Assembly: GCA_964187785.1 (NCBI GenBank)
Contig: OZ076409.1
Location: forward strand, 85,004,001 to 85,068,000
DNA: 64,000 nt
From: Amphiscolops sp. MND2022
Lineage: Eukaryota
Direction of reading: 5' to 3'
Each line of letters starts with the position of its first letter. Position 1 is the first letter of the stretch. Positions 1 through 12,616 of the stretch are shown here, in pieces. The notes under the pieces were generated by a model. The model was not told the origin of the DNA. It did no database searches and saw only the letters and a list, made by a program, of their open reading frames with translations. Both the position numbers and the translations under genes were made by a program.

Positions 1-757
1 TCACAACAAATCACAAATGAATTGGGTCCAACGGTACCTTGTGTCTCTTCTTCATTCGCGTTCTTCTGAGGAGAAGTGTCGCGGGACTTTGGTTGTTGCT
101 CTTGCCAATTCACTCTGGCACGGGCCTTTACTCCCTCCATACGATGCAACTCACTGTAAATTGGAGTATCTCCACTGTGTTTCAACAACTCATCCATCTC
201 GGCCACAATTTCTTCTCTCGTTTTGAGGGTTTCTTCGTTTGTTTCTACCAATGCTAGTAATCCTCTGAGTTGCAAAGAGTATCCCGATTTTTATTGATTT
301 CATCTTCGTTTTTCTGAAGCATTTCATCACATTTCTCTTTGGAGTTATGAAGTAGTAGGAACTCGTTCAACTGTCTTTCATTCTTCAGGCTCCTCATCAT
401 TGTGAGCATCTGACCAATGTTTTTATGTCGTGTTTCCAAGGAGTCTAGGTCATTCCGATATCTGCAGAAACGGTCACCTTTACTATCCGACCATTCTGGC
501 TGATACTTGGCTTTCAAGAGCGCTGTGTTCGCCGCGACGAATCTCTTCCATCTGAGCAGTAGGTCTTGTCGGTTCGGTAGAAGGTCTGCGAGTTTTTCCT
601 TCGTCGTGTCTGCTTTGCGTAGCTCAGCATGTTTTTCATCCGTTTTTGTCTCGAAGTTCTGAATTGCTCTCATGTTGCTCTCCCATTGTGGCTTGTCGAT
701 AGAACTCTTCAAAAAGTTGTCGATTCTTTTGTTATCAATTCTCTTAGGTTCAGCCAT
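1..757 (-). mobile_element. Possible Gag-like ORF (N-terminal helical/coiled-coil region) of an LTR retrotransposon, frameshifted near 270 and running off the window edge
   Basis: 167-aa charged helical ORF at 254-757. A shifted frame continues open to position 1 (RGLLALVETNEETLKTREEIVAEMDELLKHSG...). Upstream on the minus strand, ...GCAAGCA-g-TGGTCGG near 1262 resembles an LTR end followed by a PBS, but no tRNA match was recognised. No diagnostic Gag motif is visible. Confidence 0.35.
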
Positions 758-1102
758 TTTGAACTAGCCCAAACCCCAGAAAACACTTATTAACCACATG
801 AGTCCAAATTCTGCTGTGAATACAGTTCCCAACAAGTCGATGAAGTAGCCCAAAACTCCAGAGTACACCTTATAACCAAGAGCTCCAGTAATACCATTTC
901 GAATACAATCTCCCAGAGCCTGCAGAAGTAGTTCAAGCCCCAGATTACACAATTCTAAGAGGAGAGCCCAGATGAGACTTTTGAGCGCACACAGCTTTGT
1001 AGGGTTCAACCACAGTGGTTCAACAGCTGTCGTTCACTGTACACGTTCACTCGTTCGCACAGTGCTTCTCTGGCTGTGTAGCAATCAGATGATCATTCAG
1101 TT

Positions 1103-1159
1103 GTCCGCCCAATTGATGATGTCCGCCCAATTGATGACGCCCGGCCAATTGATGATGTC
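1103..1159. repeat. Three tandem 18-bp units (gtccgcccaattgatgat)
   Basis: Units at 1103-1120, 1121-1138 and 1139-1156, read directly. Confidence 0.9.
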
Positions 1160-3325
1160 AGGGTCGGCAGACGAAATGTAACGGCGGCTTGATCCCTTCA
1201 CTTGACCAAACTTTACGCCGCCCTGAATTCGGTGCTCGGCACTTCGGATCGTTACCGACCACTGCTTGCTTCTTAGATTGAAAGGACTGTATCTTGACTT
1301 AGTAGGATCCAATGATCCCGAATTGCACTTCTTCTTTGTCTCTTAACACGTCCAACTCTCCACAAGTTGAGAGTAACTAACTTAGTCGCACTAAGTCTTT
1401 GGCGAAAAGTTGAAAAGAGGTGAAGAAATGAATTGAGAATTGAAATGGTCCTAAGACCCAACTTGAATACAATATTTCATTCAATTTGTGCCTATCTAGT
1501 TATGGTATACATATCGTTTACAATTATTCGATAAATATGAGTTGAAATATGAAGTATAAATAAATGACATTTAGGTGAATTATTAAAGTTATTGGCTATG
1601 TAAACAAACCATAGTGTGGGTATAGCATGTTGGTTAGGTGGGCTCTAAAGCATGTTTACACAATATAAATATCATCAAGTGCAACATAGTTACATTCTAA
1701 TGGGGTCATAATGGTAAAAAGCAATGTTTACATTATTGGTACCATGACATTGAAAATCACACATATGAGGGGTAAAGGGGGTTATAATGGGTGGGTGCCT
1801 TGAAACTGAGCCGGTGTGTCCGTGTTAGGTACCTGCATATGTGTGCCAAGTTTCAAGTCTCTATGGTTAATAGTTGTAGAGAAAACCCTGACTGGGGGTT
1901 TCGATTTTGTCACACTTGATGATAATTCTTCAATATTTCTTCTAAGTTTTTTGGAGTTTAAGTTCTTGTTTCTCAACCAACATGTTCCAAATCAACTTTC
2001 TTTGCCTGCAGATGACTGGCGCCAACAACACTGCTATGTAATCAAGATCCAACAAATACACGTCAGCGCATCAAAACTTCATTGTTTCCGTGAACAATAC
2101 CGGCCAACTGAACTTCAGCTTCGCCGCACTGGCTCCGGACTTTGAGCCAAAACTTTGAACGCGTGGTGTCTCTGGCTGCAGCTCAGCTTGTTTCAAAACA
2201 TGCTAGAGCCCCTTTGACCTAATCGTGTGAGAATCCTAATTTCTTGTTGGAAAGCTGCCAAGAAAAGAACTATGGAAGAAGAAATGGACACATTTATCAA
2301 TGCTGACCGCTTGAGATCGCGGACCGAACAAATGGGCAGATAACACCCCACAAATGTCGTGGCTGGTATAACCATACAATGACATATATTCCAGACTTTC
2401 TTGATATGAAGCTTATTGATGGTTAAATATGTTATCCGCTTTATCAAGTTTATCTGTTTTCTCTTTCATTATACATTTTTAGTCATTTGTGAATAAATGT
2501 TTCAATAGAAATACGTTTGTTTCAATTGAACTCACTTTGCGAAAAACTGTTTTAATAGAACTTACTTTGGCTTCACTGTTTCAAAAGGAGTTACTTTTGT
2601 TTCAGACGAGCTCATTTTTGTCTCAATGCGCGTTGAAAAGGTGTGGTTCCGAAAAAATACGATAGAAGAAAAACCCCAGAAAAAAGGGAAAGGTACCTGT
2701 CGCAGCCTTGAGCTTGCGTCGGGTCCGTAGTGCAACGTTAAAAGCAAATACTTCAACCCGTCTGCAGAAACAGCCAAAACTTAATATATCTTCAAATGTA
2801 CGTCATGTAAAGCCATTTGTAATATTTTAACACCGGCAATGTTAGAATTTGTTTGATATTGTTACTGAGTAAGCTCCATCATTGATGCTAGACAGTGTGT
2901 AAACACACCTACGGTGCAAATTAAACATTCACTTAGCTCATAATGCTATTCTGTTCATGTACTAATGTTTCGTGCGAGCATAATACATTCCGAACTTAAC
3001 AATTCAATCTGATTGCCGCATTAAGCTTACAGTATGATGCAGGATAAATTCATTCCTTCAATACTTTTAATGTGACTCCTTAGCAGTATGACTCATATGT
3101 ATTCACTTCAATACATCCAGCATTGCGCAATATGTGAAAGTAATGGGTCGTACTGTACAATAATTCCATTTTTATTAGCGTTTTTGATAACGATGCGGTA
3201 TAAGATGTAACCAACCAGATAGCAGATAGTTACGTCATGCATGATTCTATTTATAAATATTATGTCATGTAAGAATCATTTTTTTGTAACGAGTGAACTA
3301 ATGGGGCGCAATTTTTGAGAAATCG

Positions 3326-4184
3326 TGTAAGGATGGTGTAAGAGTGATTTTCTGAAAAATGACTGTCATGCTACTAAAAACAAACATCTACAAAAGGAGA
3401 GTCGGAACTCCCCTTAAAAATTCATTCCTTGGAAAACTCCGAAACTGATGAGACCTACTTTTTTGATCTCTTTGAAAACAACATTTCGCGGTTTATTTCA
3501 TCAAATCTGTTTTATATTGTTGACTTGATTTAATGAATAACTTTCCCAACTTTGTTTCCAACTTCACTTCGTTTCATCGATCAACCTAATTAAAATTCTT
3601 GTCTCAAACAAAACATCATTTTAACCTAAGTGAGATGGGAAACAAAAGAAAAAGAAGATCTCCTTTGACAATCACCCTCGCTTGAGAGAGACATGAGCGC
3701 TTCAGAAGCAGAATCATCAGGTTATGAAACTATGATAGAAACTCTCAGTAATTTGAATAATGTTAGTTCAATTAGGAACAGAGAAGCAGGTTTAATTGAT
3801 CCTACGCAAAACGAGAATGGGATGCAAGTATGGGCACAAAGAGTAGCAGATAACACAATTAAAGAAATGGCCGCACTGAGGAAGGAGATTATTGAAAAAT
3901 TAGAAAAGATGATGAGGGAAATGAAAAACAATAGAAGAATGCAATCAATTCCAATCAAAAAAAATAACGGACAAACCACGTCAAGAATAGAAACACCAAA
4001 ACACATTAACAACGACAACAGTGAAACAAACGTATCTGATACTGAAAATCAAGAAAACAGAAGACAAGATAATCCTTTCAGGCCATCAGAAACAAACGAA
4101 CTTAGAACACTAAATCAAACAGTTTCCATCCAAAATCTCCACTTAGACGTGCAAATGAAGACCGTGCAAAAAAGAATGATCACA
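3326..4184 (+). mobile_element. Probable degenerate solo LTR containing the 5' part of a gag-like ORF
   Basis: Begins TGTAAGGATGG and ends ...GATCACA (TG...CA). Contains a disrupted basic start MGNKRKRRS at 3635 and the N/E/K-rich ORF from 3693. Coding-like composition ends at 4184. No TSD seen. Confidence 0.4.
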
Positions 4185-4689
4185 GTACAAAAGCAGAATC
4201 TATCAGCTTTTCAAATTTTATATCAAACGAAGAGCTCGTACTTACTCTTGCAAAATCGACCTCCAAAAAACTGAAAAAAATATGAAACAGTTTCGTCGCT
4301 TGGTTTGATTCTTAATAACAATCTTGCTTAACGATACTTGATAAATTTCATTATTAAAAAAGTGATCAGTCTAACGGAAAAAAAACATCGTTCAAACTTT
4401 TCCACGACAATTTCTCGGCATCACTCTTATTGTTGTGATGGACTTGTTGAATAGCTTCAGAGGTTGGAATGATCCGTGACAGCACAGAAGGATGGAAAAA
4501 TATCTCTGACGCTGTTTTGCAGGTAAGTTCCTGCAGTTGGGCTGAAAGATTACACGAAAATCCCGTGAGTTTCTTCCGTTTTCCACTCCAAGTAATAGAA
4601 TAAAAAGTTTATTTTACCTTTCCACCCTGAATTGGTTTCAAAGTGACTTTCAGAGGTTCTGTTTTCTAATGAGTTACTTTTTGATCGAC

Positions 4690-7560
4690 AACAAAAAACA
4701 TAATCACTCCTAAGTTCCCCAAGCGAGGAGGCAAGTAAGTAACGTAACCACCGCGAAGAGGCAAACCTTGTCAGCGCGATAAGCAACGAGCATAACTGGG
4801 ATGGTGTCAGCGAGCATCCAAAACCGATACGTGAGGAAACGTGCAACCGAAAATGAGGTATATCGACCACTGAGCTCATTTTTCACCAACTTAGACGATG
4901 GTAACGTTCTGGTCGGCATTAGAATGGCTGTAAGAAACGACACGATTGTTGTCTTCATTGTCGAAAGCAAGGCAGCACTCATGTTGAAACATCGAACGAC
5001 CTGACAGTCAAGTTGAAAAGCAAAGCAGGATTGAGTTTTCTGAAAGCCATTGATGCATCCTGTTAATGTGATACTAAAAGGAAACATTCGACAAAACTTC
5101 TTTGGTGCTTTATTATTGGCTAAAAGAGCTTGACGGATGACTTGGTTACAGCCAATGACCACACTCTGTTCTAGTTGTCTGCGAAATGAGCTGGTTATTG
5201 AGCTTCGCCTGATTCGCGACAGACAGGCGAACGGATGTTGTCAATTAGGTGTTCACTTTGAGAGAGGCGACGATTTGCCCTCACACTTTTTTGTGCTTTG
5301 GTTCAAAGTCCTCAACCCATAAAAAATCATATTTAATGTAAACTTGCATTCGACTCTGTGAACAGACAGTTCACGCTTGAGAAAACCATTGAGATTCGTC
5401 TCGAAGTTTACAAATATTCACACACTGCATTTTGTCAGACAAGTTTCCACTTTTGGGGCGATTCGGCGTTTAGTCTTGTCAAGGAATCCGGCAAGGAGAA
5501 CATGAATCACCGTTTTTTGGTACTTCTACGGTGGAAAGTTGAAAGACGATTACAAACTCGCAGTAAAAATTCTCTAGAAAAATGTTGAAGCAAATAAGCT
5601 TCAAAGCCCGAAATTGAACCCTACTAATGCAATATATGTTTTCGACAGTATCACCGAAGAACGACGATCAACGAATTTTGTTGCTTTCCAGAATGTTTGC
5701 CTGGGGATTTAAAAAATGTTCCGACAAGAAACGAACTCGTTGTTCTCGGATCACTGTCGGACGTGAAATCACAGGAGTGGAAAAAATTTCATGAATCGAA
5801 AAAGGTGACTGGCGTTGATGAAACCGTATGCCCATTACGGATTGTACAATGTTTAAAGAAGGTTTGAGTTTAGTAATGCTTCGGTACCTTCCGCAAACCA
5901 TTCCGTGTTTTAGTTAGGAAAAGCCTTGAATAATTATTACACAACAGTGAAACCCGTGATTGACAAAATGTGCAACGTAAAATTTGACAGAGATTCGACT
6001 TTTCAGCTGGCTTTGCCACATGAACTAGTTGATCTAGGAGATTCCTTGGCACCATTGTCAGCGCTTTTTGTTTCAACTCCGGCTTCCGGTGCGGGTGACC
6101 TTCTAACGACTATTCTCCCTTTTTCGGTCACAACAGCGCTTGAGAAATTATTGACTGTTAACAACGAACGGAAGATGCCTATCTTATCAAAGTCTAGAGA
6201 TACTGAACCAAACGCGTGTTCCTGTGAACTGGTCAGAAATTGAAAGCTAAAGTGGATGGAAAACGGAAAGAAGTACGTTCATCAGACTTGCCATATTGCG
6301 ACACACAAAGACTTCGATAACGGCTTTGATAAAGTCCTGATTGGCGATCAAAACTTTCTAAGTGTCACTGAACAATTGGCTTGAAGAAACCTAAGAAAAA
6401 CGAATGCTGAAAAGATTGAAGAGATTTACTCTGAAAAATTCTGAAGACTTTGCTTCATTGATCCTCGCTAAGAGACAAAAGCAGGCCTCGAAAATGAAAT
6501 ACATGAGCTGCAAGTTTCTTTTGTCAACTTCGAACATCTTGGAGCGATTCTGCATTTCTGTCAGCTGTTCATCTGATGCGTTGAAGTGGGATTTGACACC
6601 ATAAAAGCTGGAACAACAGTTATTCTGAAAGTTCAATGAGATATTCTGGGACATGTCTGTTTTCAGCGCTATTGTGATGCCATTGAATGAATTGCGTTAT
6701 ACTTGTTGAGTCTTTTGTGAAATTAGTTTCACGTGAAATTTGCGGTCCAGATGATTTCTTCAAAAGTTATTAATTACAAATAATTGGCTATAATTGATTG
6801 GGAATGTGTCCACTTATCGACAAATTGGATTTTGATCTTTCAGAATTAATTATAAGTGCCTGTTAATAAATGTCTTCCTCTGATTGTGAGTATGCGACAG
6901 TGCGCTCGAAGTTAAAAATCTCATTGAACTTGTGTTTCTGAACAATTAAAAGAAAGGTAATGAATCTTTTGATAAACATATTTACACTTCAGCAACTGCT
7001 CATCTCGTTATCCCTCCGCCTAAAATTTGTGAGAAACACATTTGCCGTTGTGGTAAACCATGTATTCTACCAGAAGCGCGGGATTTTTCTCGAAGCACCA
7101 CAACTTCAATACTCTAGTGAAACAGGCGGCGCTAAATTTCATCAAAGGTCCCTCAATTTTAGACACGAACAGACGGAAAGCAAACAGATGGAATTATCCT
7201 TGCGCCCGGGAAGGAAGGCAAGAACTTAGTTCGGGATGATACTTGAGTCGAACTTCTCGCCCCAGCAGAATAGAGAACGGGTCTGTTGCCAACCCAGGCA
7301 CATCAGCGGAGGATGCAGAGGAATTGAAAACGACTAAGTACGTTTGTTTGACTGACAAAGGATACATCTTCCAACCCTTAGCCTTTGAAATTCAGGGAGA
7401 AGTAGGGCATTCCACGTCTACGTTCCTGAACAACCGCTGTAAAAATTGTGCATGTAAAACCAGGAAAACAGAGCCGGGTCGCTTTTCAGGCAGAGTCTCT
7501 TGCAATCCAGGCAGTCAAGGCGGCCAGTGTGGTTGGAACGGTTCGGCGCGAAGACCACTT
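4690..7560 (+). mobile_element. Degenerate RLE-bearing non-LTR retrotransposon (CRE/NeSL/R2 group): RT, zinc knuckle and PD-(D/E)XK endonuclease remnants
   Basis: Collinear broken motifs: PKRGGK (~4700); LDDGNVLVGIRMAVRNDTIV (~4890); NVILKGNIRQNFFGA (~5070); LNRQFTLEKTIEIRLEVYKYSHTAF (5358); KMCNVKFDRDSTFQLALPHELVDLG (5960); LLISLSLRL..KICEKHICRCGK (~7000); RTDGKQTDG...AEDAEELKTTKY...YIFQPLAFEIQG...SLAIQ..AASVVGTV (7165-7545). Many stops and frameshifts; unrelated insert at about 6280-6980. Confidence 0.8.
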
Positions 7561-9536
7561 AAGCGAACTTTACTACTTGTAAATCTGCGTTTAATGTCCG
7601 TTTTGTTTCAACAAGGAATCTATGTCTTCTTTGCTTCGTAATCGTCACCGATTCACCAGCCTCATTGAGTTTCTGAATTGAGATTTGTCCTGGGTCTGTT
7701 GAACGCTCTGGTTGCATGATGTCATTTCTTAGTTTTTTTTGTTTCCAATATTGGGTGGATTTTTTTGTCTGCTGGCTGGGCTGGGTATATATAAAAGAAG
7801 AAAAAAAGACGCCTAATTACTATGCCTTATAAAAAGAACAACTCATTGAGTATAGTAGGCGTAGTAGTAAAAAGGAACTAAAATTAGTAGCATTTTTGAA
7901 CAATTAGAGAAGTTTGAAGCCACGCCAAGAATGGTTTTCATAAAAAGTTGGACATTCTTTGTGAAGTAGTAGCAGGTGTTCTGTGATAAGTTTCTTACAT
8001 TTTTCTTGCTTGTAATTGATTGTTTTCAATTCAGTGGGTAATGAATTCCAACTTCTCACTCAGGTATAAAAGAAGGATCCATGTAGAAACTTACTTGAAC
8101 CAGGCTCTTTCAATATCTTATTTTGTTTCAATCATTCATTCGAAGAGTCACTGTTGGGATTGCCGAAGAAATTACGTATCTAAACTAGAAAACGTGGTAC
8201 TAGAGAACTTAGAAATCGATTGTTTGAATTACGAAGAAAAACTTCTCAGCTCACACAATACCGAAAAAAATTTCAAGCACTTGAACTATCTCAACAAAGC
8301 GAATTGCATTCCTAAAGTAACGTACAAAGGCCATGAGGCCAGTTGTTCGGATAACGAAACAGCTCGCTTCTTCAACGAGTTCTTTCTATCTGTTTACTCT
8401 CCGAAAATAGCATACACACTACCAGACATTCGAAACAAAAGATCGGTTCTGACAATCTTTGACGTTTCAAGGTCCAAAATTCCAAGTATTTTAACAGACC
8501 TAGACATCACCAAGTCCAGAGGCCCTAACAAATTTCTCCCAGGACTTTTCACAAAAACAGCTGTTCAAATGAGTACTAACCTGAACAAAATAAGGTTAAA
8601 AGGCTACGAAAACTTTAAAAATTTTGGAAAGATGCTGCTATCGTGCCTAGCTACCAGAAAGGCGTCAAACAATTAGTAAAGAACTACAGAGCAGTGTGGC
8701 TTCTGAATATTGACAGCAAAGTTTTCGAAAAGTGCTTGTATGATCCTCTCTAAATTAATTCCACTTTCTTTCTCTCCAGAAACCAGCACGGACTGGTCCG
8801 TGGAAGATCAGTTCCATCAAACATGGTGAAATTCTTGAAAGACATACAGAAGCCTTAGATAAAAATTTAAGTGATACAATAGTCGCTTTTTACACCGACT
8901 TTGCGAAAGCGCTTGACCGAATACCCTTTATGAGCTGCTAAAGAAAGTGAGTGCAATTGGCGTTGGAGGCTGCTTTCACGATATTCTTTGTGACTACTTG
9001 GAACATTGAGTCCAGCACGTTAGAGTTGGGGCCACTATATCTCACCAGTTAGAAATTAGTTAGAAACAGTGGAAAACCCCAAGAATGTCTCGTGGGTCCC
9101 CTTTTATTCTGGATTTTCATGAACGACCTCCCCGTGTCACTGAAACTTAGTGATCCCTACATATTTGCAGATGATCTAAAACAGATTAGCTGTTGCGAAG
9201 ACCCAAAAGCAAATACAATCCGACTTGGAAGCTATTTCGGACTGGGTTGACACCAACGGAAAGAGCATGCTTCCGGACAAATGCTACAAACTTGAGTTTA
9301 GAGGTACAAATTATCAATATAAAGTTGGTAACATCAGTTTTGACGACACTGAAGAAGTCAAAGACCAAGGCATCTTTGTAGAAAAAATCTAAACTGATCC
9401 GCACATGCTGGCAGAAGGTTGAAAAAAGCATACTAGGTTTTGTTCTCCCTCAGGCGGAACATTGCGTACATTTTTAAATATAACACTGAGCTGAGTCTGT
9501 ACAAATCGCCAGTACTTCCTATTGTCACCTATGGAC

Positions 9537-9790
9537 CAGGGATGTCAATTCCAACCCAATTCCAATTCCTGAGAATCAGTCACCAGAAATGTGTTTTTGA
9601 ACAAAATAAAGTCGAAATTTTTGTAATGAATAAATTTTGATAATTTAATACCTTTACAAGTGGTTTGTTTTTCTTTCAATTCCCAGTCAATTCCTTTGAG
9701 AAGCGTCAATTCCAATTCCAAGTCCTATTCGAAGACCGTACAAAATTCCATTTCCAATTCCAATTTTTTTGCTAGGAATTGATATCCCTG
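9537..9790. mobile_element. hAT-type MITE
   Basis: TIRs CAGGGATGTCAATTCC / GGAATTGATATCCCTG; 8-bp TSD ctatggac (9529-9536) / ctgtggac (9791-9798); internal caattc subrepeats. Confidence 0.85.
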
Positions 9791-11111
9791 CTGTGGACTT
9801 TTTTGTGCCAAACAATCGAAAGCCACAATGAACGCTCTAGAGAGGCCCTAAAAGAAAGCTGTGAAACGGAAAATGGGCAACAAACAGACTTGTGATGCTA
9901 ACAATTTGAGACTACTGAACTTTTTGTCGCTACCAATGTTTGTGCAGATGAACGAGCTCCTACTTTTTCTATCGCTTACTAGAGGAAACCTGGCGAACAT
10001 TCTGAACTTATATATCAAAATGGGTGGCTTTAAATAGGTCGAATTTTTCTGGTCGATAGTACAGAGGTCGAACCTTTTGATGGAATTGCAGGGATCGAAT
10101 GGAATGCGGTCGAATTTTATCGTATTTGTTGTATGGCTCGGTCGCTTCGCTCCCTTCGCCAAGTAGCAACATTGAGGCATGGCCATATGGCACGTCGCTC
10201 CGCTTCGCTTCGCTCCTGCATTCAGGGCACTAGGGGTATGTGAACATATCTGACTACGTTATAAAAATTTCGATCCGAGTCGTTCCGATCTCATTCAGAA
10301 ATTTGGTATGTCGACCTGAGGACTAACTCTGATTTTCGATCCCGTTCCTTCGACCTACTTCCGCCCACCCAGGGATTGCAATTTTGAATACAATTAATTG
10401 CATGCAATTACAATTAATTGAGACTTTGAGGCTTGCAATAACAATTAACAAATTTTGAAAAATCTTAAAAGCAATTACAATGCTTCTGGAATTGCGCAAT
10501 TGCAAGCTAAATGGTCACTTGGCTTATTGCCATTTGGCTTAAAGTCATTTGGCCTAATACAATTGGTCACTTGGCTTAATATTTTTAAGCTAAGTGTCCC
10601 GTGTATTGGTCACTTGGCTTAAAGTCATTTGACTTAAAACCACTTAAATGAAAACACGTGGCAGAATTTGTCGAATTTATCTTTATAACGTAGTCAGCGT
10701 ATTATTACATGTCATATCAAGTACCCCTCGGATATGTCCCCATTTCCTCTAGTGCCCTGCGGCCCCTTGGGGCCGCTTATATTCCCATCTTGCTAAGCGA
10801 GGTCGAACAGGAGCAAAGACCTAGCGGGAACGAAGATCGCGAAGCGATCGCAGTGGGAGCTGGTGGTGGGGTATTTTTGGATCGAATTTTTGTGTGAGCG
10901 AAAAGCGAGATCGAAAAAGGATCGAAGGTTTTGAGATCGAATTTTTCCGGTTTTGCTAGGTTTTTGCTCCTGTAAAGTGTTTAAAAGCGTTTAAAATTAT
11001 TTAGGTAGTTTTCCCCACCTAATATGGGATCATATACGGTGTATGCACGCTCGCCCTCACCGTCGCAAAGACCAGCTCCCACTACGATCGCTTCGCGATC
11101 TCCGTTCCCGC

Positions 11112-12093
11112 GGGGAAACGGAAATCGGACTAAAGAAATTGAACTAATGGAATTAGGACTAACATGCTCAAAATTTCTGAAACGTTCATGTGAAATAGAA
11201 CTAATTTCGTATTTTTTCAAACAGGAATTAGAACTAATTTGTTACGAGAATTAGAACTAAAAACAGGAATTAGAACTAAATTGTTACAGGAATTGGAACT
11301 AAAAAAAGTGCGAATAAGACCTAAAGTGCGGAATGAGACCCAAGGGGAGAACGGAATAGTATCTAAAGGAATAATATCTAAAGTTTTTCAAAGTATAAAA
11401 CGTGCCTTTGATATTTCCCCATTTCCTCTAGTGCCCCGCGGCCCCTTGGGCCCGCTTATGTTCTCGTCTTGCTAAGCGAGGTCGAACAGGAGCAAAGACT
11501 TAGCGGGAACGGAGATCGCGAAGCGATCGTAGTGGGAGCTGGTCTTTGCGACGGTGAGGGCGAGCGTGCATACACCGAATATGCCCCGAATTTAGATTTA
11601 GAAGGGGACAGTACTGAAAATTTTGTGAGAAATTTACGAAAGGTAAAACTTTATTCTTGAATGAAATGATTTGAGATCTGACACTTTTATAAAACCAATG
11701 GAAGGAAAAAAATAATGAGTGTATTTCAATTATATGTTGATCAATTGTATTACGTTACTTTTGTACTACTTTCATTGAGGTATAAGTGTCATTTCCTACT
11801 TTCATGTTCCACGTTTCCAATTTGAATTTTGTACCATGTTTTTATCCGCTTCTGCGTTTTTTTGTTGTACCACTTTTATGTCGGATGTTTACAATTGAAC
11901 ATGTCGTGATTTTGTCAATTTGATCTACGTAATTGCAAATTTTCCGTGCCAAAAGTTGTTTTAGTCCTATTTCAATTAGTCCTATTTCCATTAGTTCTAA
12001 GGCGGTACTAAAAAAGAATTAGTCCTATTTCCATTAGTCCTATTTCAGTTTTGAGTATTAGTCCTATTTCATTAGTCCGAATTGCTGTCTCCC
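11112..12093. mobile_element. Mutator-type MITE F inserted in cassette D2
   Basis: TIRs GGGGAAACGGAAATCGGACTAA / TTAGTCCGAATTGCTGTCTCCC with gaactaa/ttagtcc subrepeats; perfect 9-bp TSD cgttcccgc (11103-11111 and 12094-12102). Confidence 0.85.
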
Positions 12094-12199
12094 CGTTCCC
12101 GCTAGGTCTTTGCTCCTGTTCGACCTCGCTTAGCAAGATGGGAACATAAGTGGCCCCAAGGGGCCGCGGGGCATTAGAGGAAATGTGGGGGCATATCCG

Positions 12200-12616
12200 G
12201 GTTAGGGACAATTTGCCGAAAGACAATTTGCCGAAAATTGACTCAGGGACAATTTGCCGAATTTTTTTCGGCAAATTGTCCCTATGAATTTGCCGAATTT
12301 TGTAGGGACAATTTGCCGAATATGCCCCCATTTCCTCTAGTGCCCCGCGGCCCCTTGGGGCCGCCTATGTTCCCATCTTGCTAAGCGAGGTCGAACAGGA
12401 GCAAAGACCTAGCGGGAACGGAGATCGCGAAGCGATCGTAGTGGGAGCTGGTCTTTGCGATGGTGAGGGCAAGCGTGCATACACCGTATATGACCCCATA
12501 TTAGGTGAGGAAACCCAATTTGCCGAATGTCAGGGACAATTTGCCGAAAAAAATTCGGCAAATTGTCCCTGAGTCAATTTTCGGCAAATTGTCTTTCGGC
12601 AAATTGTCCCGTATCC
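12200..12616. mobile_element. Mutator/foldback-type MITE G inserted at the edge of cassette D2 and carrying cassette D4
   Basis: ~80-bp near-perfect TIRs built of gacaatttgccgaa units; perfect 9-bp TSD gcatatccg (12191-12199 and 12617-12625). Confidence 0.9.

Noticed and set aside
11112..12616. CRISPR-like appearance of short regularly spaced repeats
   Set aside because: The repeats are MITE subterminal units in inverted arms with no unique spacers; eukaryotic context and no cas genes.
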